This document shows positions 38,178 through 47,873 of a DNA stretch of 64,000 nt, piece by piece; positions within the stretch are counted from its first letter, which is position 1, and the number at the start of each line of letters is the position of its first letter. The DNA is taken from assembly GCA_963705085.1 (NCBI GenBank), contig CAVPIV010000001.1, positions 22,443 through 86,442 of the forward strand. Reading direction: 5' to 3'. Below the pieces are notes generated by a model. That model saw only the letters and a list, made by a program, of their open reading frames with translations, did not search any database and was not told the origin of the DNA. Source of the stretch: an uncultured Thermoleophilia bacterium. GTDB lineage: Bacteria; Actinomycetota; Thermoleophilia; UBA2241. The translations under genes were made by a program, and so were the position numbers.

Positions 38178-39194
38178 ATGAGACTCGGGTACAGATCGAG
38201 ATCGCCGGCGTGGCTGGCCGGTATCGCGCTGGCTGCGTTCGTTGTGACGCTGACCGGATGCGGGTACAGGGGCGGGTCGGTATCGTTCGTTGACGCGCGG
38301 CATGGCTGGGTCACGGGTGCGCGCTCCTGGATGTCCGAGAACAAGGTGACTGTCATCTCGCGCACGGTCAACGGCGGCGCGACGTGGCGGGAGGTCGGAT
38401 CGCGCAAGTCGCGCGGGATCGTCGGCTGGGCCGCCTTCTCCACGCCCGCCACAGGCGTGTGGGCCGTGGAGATCGACAAGATCCTGTACACGAGGACTGG
38501 TGGCAAGCCGTGGAAGCTCGCCACGGTCAAGGGCATGAAGGGCGGCTACTTCGCCGCGGCGAGCTTCGCGAGCGCCACGGTCGGCTGGGCCGCCGGCGTC
38601 AACAGCGAAGCCAAGGCCGGCGGCTCGATCGCCAAGACGACGGACGCCGGCGCTACCTGGCGCGTCCAGAAGCGGATCACCGGACGCGACGGGTCCGGGG
38701 GCTTTCGCGACGTCGTCGCCCTCTCCGAGCTCACCTGCTACGCCCTGAAGCGCGGGGCAGAGGGCGGCGTCTGGGCGACGCACGACGGCGGCCTGACCTG
38801 GACGCGGCAGGTGCTGCCCGGCACAGCTCCCTACGAGGCGATCGACTTCGTCGATGAGCTCACCGGCTGGGCCGTCGGCAAGGGCGGCGCGATCGCCGGG
38901 AGCGCGGACGGCGGCCTGACCTGGACGGCCCAGGTCTCGGGCGTCGACGGCTGGCTCCACGGCGTCTGTTGCACGAGCGCGAGCAGCGCCTTTGCGGTCG
39001 GCGAGAACGGCGTCATCCTGGCCACCACCGACGGCGGCGCCACCTGGGTACCGCAGGTCTCGGGCACGACCGTGACGCTCAACTCCGTCGACTTCGTGAG
39101 CGCTGACGAGGGCTGGGTGGTGAGCGAGATGGGCTACCGGGAACTCCTGCTGCACACGATCGACGCCGGTCAGACCTGGCAGCCGATGAAGTGA
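38178..39194 (+). CDS. Ycf48/BNR-repeat-like lipoprotein (paralog of 36033-37784)
   Basis: Lipobox LTGCG; NGGATW, DAGATW, DGGLTW(x2), DGGATW, DAGQTW repeats; GGAGGGG SD. Confidence 0.75.
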   Translation: MRLGYRSRSPAWLAGIALAAFVVTLTGCGYRGGSVSFVDARHGWVTGARSWMSENKVTVISRTVNGGATWREVGSRKSRGIVGWAAFSTPATGVWAVEIDKILYTRTGGKPWKLATVKGMKGGYFAAASFASATVGWAAGVNSEAKAGGSIAKTTDAGATWRVQKRITGRDGSGGFRDVVALSELTCYALKRGAEGGVWATHDGGLTWTRQVLPGTAPYEAIDFVDELTGWAVGKGGAIAGSADGGLTWTAQVSGVDGWLHGVCCTSASSAFAVGENGVILATTDGGATWVPQVSGTTVTLNSVDFVSADEGWVVSEMGYRELLLHTIDAGQTWQPMK

Positions 39195-39250
39195 CGCGAA
39201 TCCAGGGACGGGGCGGTGCGGTTGGGGGGGTCAGCCCGCCCCTCCTCTGC
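39147..39250 (+). repeat. Second copy of the about 105-bp element (the native 3' end of the gene plus its downstream region)
   Basis: See 37884-37990. Confidence 0.6.
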
Positions 39251-40247
39251 CCCAGGGGAGGGGCTCGCCCCCCGGGTTCTCGATGGCGGACGCGTCGCCC
39301 TGAACGTCATCGCTGCGCGATGCGCCCATCCACGCCGTGAGCGCCGGCAGGCGCTCGACGGTTTCGTCGTAGCCCTGACGGTAGAGCGCCTCGAGCCTGG
39401 CGACGTTGCGGTCCATGCGGCCGACGGCGAGCGGCCGCGAGGGCCGGAGGACGAGGGCCTGTCCGGCCTGCTCCAGCGATTCGACCTGGTCGAGGCTGGC
39501 GTTGTACGCCAGATGGCGCTCCTCGAGGGCCCGCACGATCGCCGGGTAGCGGGCCAGCAGCAGGCGAGCGACCGGGCCCAGCTTCTGGGCCTCCTTGCGG
39601 AAGCCGGCGTTGCGAGTCAGCACGACCACGTGGCGCCGGTTGCCGTCGGCCGTCGAACGGCGGATCGGGATCGAATCGCTCACGCCGCCGTCGAGGTAGC
39701 GCCGCCCGCGGATCTTCACGGGCCGCGAAAGCACGGGCAGGCTGCTCGAGGCCCGCAGCACCGTACGGACGAACCAGCGCGGGTCGTGGTCGCGGTGGCG
39801 GAAGTAGGCCGGTCGCCCGGTGGCGCAGTCCGTGACCACGACGACGAGCAGGCGCGGGGAGCGGCGGAAGACCTCGTAGGCGAACGGTGCGAGACTATCG
39901 GGCAGCGTCTCGAAGAGGAAGCGCATGCCGAACCAGCTCCGCTCACGCAGGAGATTGCCAGGGCCGGCATACCGCCGGTCCGCCGCGAGCTCGACGTAGA
40001 CTCTGTGGTTGCGCTCGCGCTGCCCGGCGACATAGTCAGAGCCGGCGTTGGCGCCCGCCGAGACGCCGATCACGTAGGGCAGGTCGATGCCGTGATCGAG
40101 AAAGGCGTCGAGGACGCCGGCGGTGTAGGTGGCGCGCATGCCGCCACCCTCGAGGACGAGGCCGATGCCGGCTGCCGGGTGTTCCTGGGGTGGCGCCGGC
40201 GCGTCTCGGGGGTGCTGGCGTGCCTGCGGGGTGGGGGGCTCGGTCAT
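39231..40247 (-). CDS. Patatin-like phospholipase
   Basis: GLVLEGGGMRATYTAGVLDA...GVSAGA (GxGxxG and GxSxG) and DGG motifs. Confidence 0.8.
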   Translation of the reverse strand: MTEPPTPQARQHPRDAPAPPQEHPAAGIGLVLEGGGMRATYTAGVLDAFLDHGIDLPYVIGVSAGANAGSDYVAGQRERNHRVYVELAADRRYAGPGNLLRERSWFGMRFLFETLPDSLAPFAYEVFRRSPRLLVVVVTDCATGRPAYFRHRDHDPRWFVRTVLRASSSLPVLSRPVKIRGRRYLDGGVSDSIPIRRSTADGNRRHVVVLTRNAGFRKEAQKLGPVARLLLARYPAIVRALEERHLAYNASLDQVESLEQAGQALVLRPSRPLAVGRMDRNVARLEALYRQGYDETVERLPALTAWMGASRSDDVQGDASAIENPGGEPLPWGRGGAG

Positions 40248-40372
40248 CACGCCGTCCGTTTCTCCGTCAGGCGGCTCTCCCCTGCCGGCGGAGAGAGCCG
40301 CCCCGCTCTGTCGGCGTCGTGGGAAAAGGGCGGTGGGCGGGCGCCGACGGCGCCCGCCCACCGCCCTGACGG

Positions 40373-42916
40373 TCACTCGTACTTGATTGCCTCGAGGATG
40401 CGCGTGCCCGCGGCGCGCCGGGCCGGAACCACCGCCGCGACCACACCCACGATCGCTGCCAGAACGAGGAACACGCCCAGCTGCATCCACGGCAGGCTGA
40501 AGACCAGCCCGTCGCCGCCGATCTGCGTCACGATGACGTAGCCCATGGCTACCCCGACCAGCGTGCCGAGCACGCCGCCGATCACGGACGTGATCACGCT
40601 CTCGTACCGCACCATCTGGCGGAGCTGCCGCCGGGCGGCGCCGATGGCGCGCAGCAAGCCGATCTCGCGCGTCCGCTCGTGGACGCTCAGCACCAGGGTG
40701 TTGACGATGCCGAAGATCGAGATGATCACGCTCATGGCGAGAAGGCCGTAGAACATGGTGAGGATCTGGTCGACCTGCTTGTTGATGGCGTCGAGATACT
40801 CGGTCCTGGTCTCGACCTTCTGCGTCGGGTAGTCGGCGAGCGCCTTCTGGACGGCGGCCTGGGCGCCGGCGCTGCCGTCGCTGCGCACCAGCGTCATGCC
40901 GGCGGCGGTCGGGACGTCCAGCTTCTCGAGCGTGTCGAGGTTGACCATCATGCCGGTGTAGGCCATCTGGTCGCGGTAGAAGCCGAGGACGGTGAGCTTG
41001 GCCGTCTTGCCGCTCTGGCTGGTGACCGTGATGGTCTCACCGGGGCCGACCTTGGCGGCGATCGGCGAACCGTCCTCGAGGATCACGTGCGTCGCGTCGA
41101 GCTTCGCGAAGAGGGCGTCGCTGCCGCCGCGCCGCCAGTCGTGACCCCAGACCCGGGTCCACACGGCGGGATCCACGGCGTTGGCGGTGATGATGCCTCC
41201 GCCCTTGACCTTGAACGACGTCCACGCGACGCCGGCTGCAGCTTCCACGCCGGGAACGTCCTCCAGGGCGCGCACGGTCGTCTGAGGCACGGTCAAGAAC
41301 GCCGAACGGTCCTGGACGACAAGGTCTGCGCGGGTGGACTCGCTGATCGCGCCGCTGAACGACCCCTTCATCGCCTGGGCGAACACCGCGACGAAGACGA
41401 CCATGGCGAGGCCGATCATGAGTGCCGCCGCAGTCGCGGCCGTGCGGCTCGGGTTGCGGCCGGCGTTGTCGCGCGCCAGACGGCCGCTGGTGGGCGCCAG
41501 CTTCTCCAGCGGCCAGCCGATGATCCTGCTCGCCGGCCGGACGACGAACTTGGCCAGCATGGCGATGGCGACGAAGAGCAACAAAGCGCCGAGACCCATG
41601 AACAGCAGGCGGCCGTTGGTCCCGCCGTCGGCGAAGATGCCGTAGGCGAGGGAGCCGCCGCCCAGGACTGCCACGGCCACGGCGAAGGCCGTGCTGAACT
41701 TCGCGAAGCGCGTCGGCGGCAGCGTCGCGCCCTCCTGGAGGGCCGCCACCGGCGGCACGCGCGTAGCGCGCAGGGCCGGGGTCAGCGCCGACAGGAGGGT
41801 GACGCCCACGCCGACGAGCACCGCGATGAGGACGGTGCGGGGTTCGAGGGCGATGCCCGCGGTCGGGATGTCGGCCCCGACGGCCTTGAAGAGCGTGTTG
41901 ATGCCCTTGGCGACGCCGAGGCCGGCGACGATGCCGACGGCCGAAGCCAGCACGCCCAGCGTAAGCGCCTCGGCGACCACCGATGTGAGCACCTGGCGGC
42001 GACTGGCGCCGAGAGCGCGCAGCATCGCGAACTCGCGGCGGCGCTGCGCGACGGTGATGTTGAAGGCGTTGAAGATGATGAAGGCGCCGACGAAGACGGA
42101 GACGCCGGCGAACGCCAGGAGAACGGGCGTGAGGAAGGAGCCGATCGCGTCGGTCGTCTCGGCGGTCCGGTCGGCGGCAGCCTGCTCGCCCGTCTTGACG
42201 CTGACGCCGGCCGGCATGGCGGCCTTCACGTCGGCGGCGAGCTGATTCGGCGTCACGCCCGGATCGGCGGAGATGGAGATGCCGCTGAGCCTTCTGGGCT
42301 CGCCGCCCCAGCGCTGCACGTCCTGCAGGCGGCCGGCCACGACGATGGTGCCCCCCAGGGACACGGAATCGCCCCACTCGAAGACGCCGGCGACCTTGAC
42401 CTCCTGGAGGCCGGCCGGGGCAGCGACGGTGAAGGTGTCGCCGGGCTCGAGCCCGGCCTTGTCGGCAAAGCTCCTGATGATCGAGACCTCGTTGCGTCCC
42501 CGGATCTCACGGCCGGCGACCAGGGTGGCCTGGTTGAAGGGCTCGCCCAGGTCAGTCGTGAGCAGTGTGGGGGCGCCGCCAGACTCGACGGCCTTGCCGT
42601 CGACGATCGCGGCGCCCATCGTCTCGTAGGCGCCGGCGGCCCTGTCGACGCCGGGCACTGCCAGCACCCGTGCGACGAGGTCGTCGTTCAGCGTCTGGGC
42701 CGCATCGTTCTCGAGGCTGGTGAACGAGCGTGTCGGCTCGACCTGCACAGCCGTGCCCTTGAGCGAGGTCTCGATGATGTTGGCGAACCCGTTGTCGATC
42801 TGGTCGGTCAGTACGTACGTGCCGGTGATCATCGCCACGCCCAGCAGGATGGCGAGGAGCGTGAGGATGGTCCGGAGTGGCCGGCTGGCCAGGCTGCGGA
42901 AGGCGAGGCGGGTCAT
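40373..42916 (-). CDS. ABC transporter permease, FtsX-like / MacB-type (duplicated 4+4 TM with large extracytoplasmic domains)
   Basis: 847 aa; two FtsX-like modules; ATGA overlap with the upstream ATPase. Confidence 0.85.
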   Translation of the reverse strand: MTRLAFRSLASRPLRTILTLLAILLGVAMITGTYVLTDQIDNGFANIIETSLKGTAVQVEPTRSFTSLENDAAQTLNDDLVARVLAVPGVDRAAGAYETMGAAIVDGKAVESGGAPTLLTTDLGEPFNQATLVAGREIRGRNEVSIIRSFADKAGLEPGDTFTVAAPAGLQEVKVAGVFEWGDSVSLGGTIVVAGRLQDVQRWGGEPRRLSGISISADPGVTPNQLAADVKAAMPAGVSVKTGEQAAADRTAETTDAIGSFLTPVLLAFAGVSVFVGAFIIFNAFNITVAQRRREFAMLRALGASRRQVLTSVVAEALTLGVLASAVGIVAGLGVAKGINTLFKAVGADIPTAGIALEPRTVLIAVLVGVGVTLLSALTPALRATRVPPVAALQEGATLPPTRFAKFSTAFAVAVAVLGGGSLAYGIFADGGTNGRLLFMGLGALLLFVAIAMLAKFVVRPASRIIGWPLEKLAPTSGRLARDNAGRNPSRTAATAAALMIGLAMVVFVAVFAQAMKGSFSGAISESTRADLVVQDRSAFLTVPQTTVRALEDVPGVEAAAGVAWTSFKVKGGGIITANAVDPAVWTRVWGHDWRRGGSDALFAKLDATHVILEDGSPIAAKVGPGETITVTSQSGKTAKLTVLGFYRDQMAYTGMMVNLDTLEKLDVPTAAGMTLVRSDGSAGAQAAVQKALADYPTQKVETRTEYLDAINKQVDQILTMFYGLLAMSVIISIFGIVNTLVLSVHERTREIGLLRAIGAARRQLRQMVRYESVITSVIGGVLGTLVGVAMGYVIVTQIGGDGLVFSLPWMQLGVFLVLAAIVGVVAAVVPARRAAGTRILEAIKYE

Positions 42917-43752
42917 TGGGCCACCTCGAGATTCTTGATGGTGTCGTAGATGGCGTCGCGGGTCATCCGGTCCTCGTCCAGCTCGACGCGGCCGTCCTTG
43001 AGGAAGACGACGCGGTCGGCGATGCTCGCCGCGTTGGCGTCGTGGGTGACCATGATCACGGTCTGGCCGAACTCGTCGACGCTGCGGCGGAGCAGGTCGA
43101 GGACCTCGCCGCCGGTGCGGGAGTCGAGGTTACCGGTGGGCTCGTCGGCGAAGAGAACGGCCGGCCTGGTGATGAGGGCGCGGGCGACGGCGACGCGCTG
43201 CTGCTGCCCGCCGGAGAGCTCGGCCGGACGGTGCGTCAGGCGGTCCTGCAGGCCGACGGCCTCGATGACGGTCCGCCGCCAGGCCTCGTCCGCCCTGCGG
43301 CGAGCGAGCGAGAGCGGCAGGACGATGTTCTCGTCGGCGGTCAGTGTCGCCAGCAGGTTGAAGCTCTGGAAGATGAAGCCGATCTTGTCGCGGCGGAGCT
43401 GCGTGAGCCGCTTCTCCTTGAGCCGGGTGATCTCGGTGCCGTCGATCCAGACCTGGCCGTCGGTGGGCTGATCGAGACCGGCGAGGATGTGCATGAGCGT
43501 ACTCTTGCCGGAGCCCGACGGCCCCATGATGGCCGTCAGCCGGCCCTCGGCGAAGGCGGCGTCGACGCCGCGCAGGGCGTGCACGACGGCGTCGCCTTTG
43601 CCGTAGACGCGGCTGAGACCGCGAGCTGTGACGACGGCGGGCTGTTCCGGCATGCCGACGCCGGTCAGCTCGCGGGCGAATTGGCGCTCGAGCTTGGCGA
43701 GGGTCTCGTTCCGCTCGACGTCTTCGCGTTCTCTGATGATAGTCGGCTCCAT
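42913..43752 (-). CDS. ABC transporter ATP-binding protein (MacB/LolD type)
   Basis: [36 protein letters not shown]; GGAAGGGGA SD. Confidence 0.9.
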   Translation of the reverse strand: MEPTIIREREDVERNETLAKLERQFARELTGVGMPEQPAVVTARGLSRVYGKGDAVVHALRGVDAAFAEGRLTAIMGPSGSGKSTLMHILAGLDQPTDGQVWIDGTEITRLKEKRLTQLRRDKIGFIFQSFNLLATLTADENIVLPLSLARRRADEAWRRTVIEAVGLQDRLTHRPAELSGGQQQRVAVARALITRPAVLFADEPTGNLDSRTGGEVLDLLRRSVDEFGQTVIMVTHDANAASIADRVVFLKDGRVELDEDRMTRDAIYDTIKNLEVAQ

Positions 43753-44040
43753 GGTCTGTCCCCTTCCGAGTTGACGGTAGGGACAGGCTACGAGGGAACC
43801 GCCGTCGGCGAGTCTCCCGGCGGTGGTGAATTGACCAGCGCTCGAGAGGGGTATTCGTCGAGCTGCGGGCCACCCGAGGGTGACCAGCGGCTACTCCCCC
43901 GGGAGGACGGCGGCCCCCCGGGGGGTAGTACCCTGACCTCGTGAGAGGACTGGTCTGGGAATCCGTCGTGGCCGTGGCCGGCCGCCGGCGCCCCGCTGCC
44001 CCGGCGAGGGTATTCTGTCTGCGACAGGAGAGGAGGCCCC

Positions 44041-44502
44041 GTGAAGTCCCACACCGTGTACAAGACCTTCAAGACGCACCAGCGGCGCGCGTTCGTGCTC
44101 ATCACCGACGACGTCCGGCAGGCCGTGGAGGAGGCCGGCGTCGAAGAGGGCATGGTGCTGGTCTCGGCCATGCACATCACTGCCGGCGTGTGGGTCAACG
44201 ACGACGAGCCGGGCATCCAGCAGGATGCTCTCGAGTGGCTGGACAAGATCGCGCCGCCGTCGTGGCAGCGCCCGGTGAACGACGTAGCCCGGGCGCTGCT
44301 GCCCGACGGCGGCGACTACCGCCACCACCTCGGCGGCGAGGACAACGGCGACGCGCACCTGAAGAACATGCTCGTCCACCACCAGGTCATTGTCCCCGTG
44401 ACCCGCGGTCGCCTGGACCTCGGACCGTGGCAGGCCATCTTCTACTGCGAGTTCGACGGCTGCCGGAGCAAGCGGCTCGTCATCAAGGTGCTCGGGGAGT
44501 AG
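44041..44502 (+). CDS. YjbQ/UPF0047 family protein (secondary thiamine-phosphate synthase-like)
   Basis: [16 protein letters not shown]...[24 protein letters not shown]; GTG after GAGGAGG. Confidence 0.85.
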   Translation: MKSHTVYKTFKTHQRRAFVLITDDVRQAVEEAGVEEGMVLVSAMHITAGVWVNDDEPGIQQDALEWLDKIAPPSWQRPVNDVARALLPDGGDYRHHLGGEDNGDAHLKNMLVHHQVIVPVTRGRLDLGPWQAIFYCEFDGCRSKRLVIKVLGE

Positions 44503-44514
44503 CGGAGCCGCGCG

Positions 44515-44940
44515 TCAATCGGGAAGGCGGATGCCGCTGTCGTAGGCGATGGTCACCGTCGTGGTTCTGTCGGCCGTCACGGTCACGTCCACCGGCGACG
44601 CCGACGGCAGTGGCTGGCCTTGCGGTGTTCGCGGGAACAGCCGGTAGCTGCCTTCGGCCAGACGCACCGAGAAGCGGCCGTCGGCGCCCGACAGGACTGT
44701 CGCCACGATGCCTCCCTCCGGCCTCGCGATGTCGATGGTGGCAGCGTACGGCCGGACGTTGGGCGATGCGCCGGGCTGCTCGACGGGGTCGATCGGACCC
44801 AAGGTCACGGATCCCTCCAGCAGACCCGCGCGTCCGCCTGTCCCGGCACAGGCCGCTGCAGTGGTAGTGACGAGTACGGCGAGCGCGACGGCGACGATGA
44901 CGGCGCCCGCACGCGACGCACAGCCAGTGTTCCTTCTCAT
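44515..44940 (-). CDS. Putative lipoprotein with carboxypeptidase-regulatory-like beta-sandwich
   Basis: Signal peptide ending AAACAG; GADGRFSV...GSYRL pattern. Confidence 0.5.
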   Translation of the reverse strand: MRRNTGCASRAGAVIVAVALAVLVTTTAAACAGTGGRAGLLEGSVTLGPIDPVEQPGASPNVRPYAATIDIARPEGGIVATVLSGADGRFSVRLAEGSYRLFPRTPQGQPLPSASPVDVTVTADRTTTVTIAYDSGIRLPD

Positions 44941-45226
44941 TCGGTGTCCGCCTCCCGCGTCGAGCTCCCGGACGCCAGTGTGCCAGAGACGCCCCGCACG
45001 GGCCCGCGGTTCGTGACAGATGGCCGTTGCTCAGAGCGCCGTCCGGTGCCGTGCTCACCAGCCAGACAGGGCCACGGCCAGGCGGGGCGTCGGTTCCGTG
45101 CTTCAGCGGCCGGCATGAGCGCAGCCGTCGAGTGGGTACAGTGTGATGGGGTCTGGATGCGGATAGCTCAGGTGCCGGGTTTTGCGTCGGCTTCCGCCGG
45201 GGCCTACAAACGGAGAAGGGGGTTTG

Positions 45227-46195
45227 GTGAGCACAAACGACGGTGACCGCAGTATCGTCGCCGAGGGGGTGCGCCGCGATTTCGGCGATCTTCGCGCTCT
45301 TGATGGTGTCGACCTCGAAGTACCCGGCGGCCAGATCTTCGGTTTCCTGGGACCCAACGGCGCCGGCAAGTCCACCCTCGTCAAGATCCTGACCACGATC
45401 CTCGATCCGACCTCCGGTCGGGCTGTCGTGGCCGGCCACGACGTCCTTCGGCAGGGAGGCAAGGTCCGTGCGGCGATAGGCGTCGCACTGCAGGACGTTG
45501 GCCTGGATCCCCTGATGACGTCGCGCGAGTTGCTGATGCTGCAGGCCCAGCTCTTCGGGAGTAGCCGCAGCGAGTCCCGCGCAACCGCAGAGCGTCTGCT
45601 GGTGACCGTCGGCCTCGACGACGTTGCTCCGAAGAAGCGCACGGGCTCGTACTCGGGCGGCATGAAGCGACGGCTGGATCTCGCGCTGGCGCTCGTGCAC
45701 GACCCTCGCATTCTCTTCCTCGACGAGCCGACGACAGGCCTCGACCCAGTAAGCCGGGCGGCGATCTGGGAGGAAGTGCGCCGCCTGAACAGGGAGCATG
45801 GGATGACCATCTTCCTCACCACGCAGTACCTGGAAGAGGCGGACCGCCTCGCCGACGAGGTAGCCATCATCAGCGGAGGGCGCATTGTCGCGAGCGGAAC
45901 GCCGGCCGAGCTCAAACGACAGGTCGGCGAGGAAGTCGTCCTGCTGCAGTTCGCCTCGCCCGAGGAGGCCCGGCGAGCCTCGAGCGCGCTCGCCGTGCTG
46001 GCTCCGAACCGGCAGGTCTCGCAGAGCGACGTCAGGCTCTACTTCAATCGTGCCGCTGAGAACCTGCCCGAGCTGGTACGCGCGCTCGACGTGGCGGCCG
46101 TGCGCGCGCAGGGCCTGCAGATCGAGCAGCCCAGTCTCGACGACGTGTTCCTGAGAGTGACCGGCGAAGCGCTGGGCCAGAAGGAGACAGCATGA
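45227..46195 (+). CDS. ABC transporter ATP-binding protein (DrrA-like)
   Basis: [31 protein letters not shown]; GTG after GGAGAAGGGGG. Confidence 0.9.
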   Translation: MSTNDGDRSIVAEGVRRDFGDLRALDGVDLEVPGGQIFGFLGPNGAGKSTLVKILTTILDPTSGRAVVAGHDVLRQGGKVRAAIGVALQDVGLDPLMTSRELLMLQAQLFGSSRSESRATAERLLVTVGLDDVAPKKRTGSYSGGMKRRLDLALALVHDPRILFLDEPTTGLDPVSRAAIWEEVRRLNREHGMTIFLTTQYLEEADRLADEVAIISGGRIVASGTPAELKRQVGEEVVLLQFASPEEARRASSALAVLAPNRQVSQSDVRLYFNRAAENLPELVRALDVAAVRAQGLQIEQPSLDDVFLRVTGEALGQKETA

Positions 46196-46956
46196 ACGAC
46201 ATCTTCCTGCTCATCGTGCGCGCGATGCGCGACACCCTGCGTCAGCCCGCGTCGGTCATCCCGAACATCGCGATCAGCGTGTTCTTCCTGTTCGTGTACG
46301 ACGCCGGGCTCTCGTCCGTCTCGGACCTTCCGGGGTTCGTCGGCTCCTACCTGGGCTTCATTCTGCCGGTGGCGCTCGTGTCGGCGGCCGTCGGCGGCGC
46401 GGGACTCGCGGGTCAGCTCCTCATCAAGGACATCGAGAACGGCTACTTCACGAAGCTTCTGCTGACGCCGACGCGCCGGCTGGCGATGATCTGGGGTCCG
46501 ATGGTGGCCAGCGCCCTCATCCTCACCGCCCAGGTGGTCCTGGTGATGGTGCTGGCGCTGGCCCTGGGTCTCGACGTGGCGACGGGACCGCTGGGGTTTG
46601 GGCTCGTCGTCGCTCTCGCGTTTCTCTGGGGCATGGCGTTCGCCGGCTACGCCGCTTTCGTGGCGCTACGGACCAAGAACGCCGCCGCGACCCAGGCCGC
46701 GACCTTCGCCTTCTTCCCGCTGATCTTCCTCTCATTCACGTTCGTCCCGGAGGAGTACGTGACAACCCAGTGGCTGCGGGTGGCGGCCGCGATCAACCCG
46801 ACCACCTACGTGTTCGATGCGATGCGCTCGCTGCTCAACTCTGGCTGGGACACCACGTCGATCCTCGTCGGCTTCGCGGTTGCGCTGGGGTTCGCGACGC
46901 TGACGGGCGTCGGCGCCCTCTGGGCGGCGCGCAGCGCGACCAGGCTGTCGTCGTGA
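46192..46956 (+). CDS. ABC-2 family transporter permease
   Basis: Six-TM profile; ATGA overlap with the ATPase. Confidence 0.8.
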   Translation: MNDIFLLIVRAMRDTLRQPASVIPNIAISVFFLFVYDAGLSSVSDLPGFVGSYLGFILPVALVSAAVGGAGLAGQLLIKDIENGYFTKLLLTPTRRLAMIWGPMVASALILTAQVVLVMVLALALGLDVATGPLGFGLVVALAFLWGMAFAGYAAFVALRTKNAAATQAATFAFFPLIFLSFTFVPEEYVTTQWLRVAAAINPTTYVFDAMRSLLNSGWDTTSILVGFAVALGFATLTGVGALWAARSATRLSS

Positions 46957-47058
46957 GTCGCGTCGCTGCCTACGATGCTGTGCCGGTCCCCCTCATCGCC
47001 TGACCCGTCGCGTGAGGGAGCCGGTCGACGGTGCGCGCCCAGGCGGCGCAGCACCGCC

Positions 47059-47790
47059 ATGCTGGGCGCCTGCCCCTGGCTGCTCGTCGGCTTTGTTGTG
47101 CTGGCGTTGTCAGGAGCGACTGCCTGCGGCAGCAGGGAGCTGCAGTCTCTGGAGCGGACTCCGGCGCCGTCCTCGGAGAGTACTCCAGCGATCTCCCTCC
47201 CGCAGCCCCGGACGAGCGGCCCTCTCTCGCTCGAGGAAGCGCTCGCGGGTCGCCGGTCCGTGCGCTCGTTCGCGGAGCGGTCGCTCGGCCTCGCCCAGGT
47301 CGCTCAGCTCCTCTGGGCTGCGCAAGGCGTGACGGACGCCAGGACCGGCTATCGCGCCGCGCCGTCGGCCGGTGCGCTCTACCCACTCGAGGTCGTCCTC
47401 GCCGTCAAACGCGTGAGAGGTCTCACGCCGGGTGTCTACCGCTACGTCCCCGACGACCACGCGCTGCTTCCAGTACGAGTTGCGTCGCCGGCGCGAGAGC
47501 TCTCCGGCGCGGCGCACTCTCAAGCGGCCGTCGGTGAGGCGCCCGTTGTCCTCGTCCTCACCGCGGTCTACGAGAGGACGACGGCCAGGTACGGAGCGCG
47601 GGGCGAACGGTACGCCATCCTGGAGGCCGGGCACGCCGCTCAGAACGTCTATCTGCAGGCCGAGGCTCTCGAGCTCGGGACGGTAGCGATCGGGGCCTTC
47701 GACGATGAGGCTGTTCGGCGAGTGCTCGGACTGAAGGAACAGGAGCAGCCCCTGTATCTCATGCCGTGTGGGGAGCCTGCCCGGCGGTAG
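47059..47790 (+). CDS. SagB-type dehydrogenase / nitroreductase-fold protein with N-terminal signal peptide (lipoprotein-like)
   Basis: Signal peptide and Cys (LALSGATAC); SagB/ThcOx-type nitroreductase pattern (RRSVRSF...PSAGALYP...AILEAGHAAQNVYLQA). Confidence 0.7.
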   Translation: MLGACPWLLVGFVVLALSGATACGSRELQSLERTPAPSSESTPAISLPQPRTSGPLSLEEALAGRRSVRSFAERSLGLAQVAQLLWAAQGVTDARTGYRAAPSAGALYPLEVVLAVKRVRGLTPGVYRYVPDDHALLPVRVASPARELSGAAHSQAAVGEAPVVLVLTAVYERTTARYGARGERYAILEAGHAAQNVYLQAEALELGTVAIGAFDDEAVRRVLGLKEQEQPLYLMPCGEPARR

Positions 47791-47826
47791 CCGGCAGTGC
47801 CCCGCGCCGGCGGCTCATCTGGTACG

Positions 47827-47868
47827 GCCCGGGATTTGCGCGCCGAGAAGGCGCGCAAATCCCGGGCC
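47827..47868. terminator. Bidirectional intrinsic-terminator-like hairpin between convergent genes
   Basis: Perfect 18-bp inverted repeat GCCCGGGATTTGCGCGCC-gagaag-GGCGCGCAAATCCCGGGC. Confidence 0.6.
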
Positions 47869-47873
47869 CGTGA

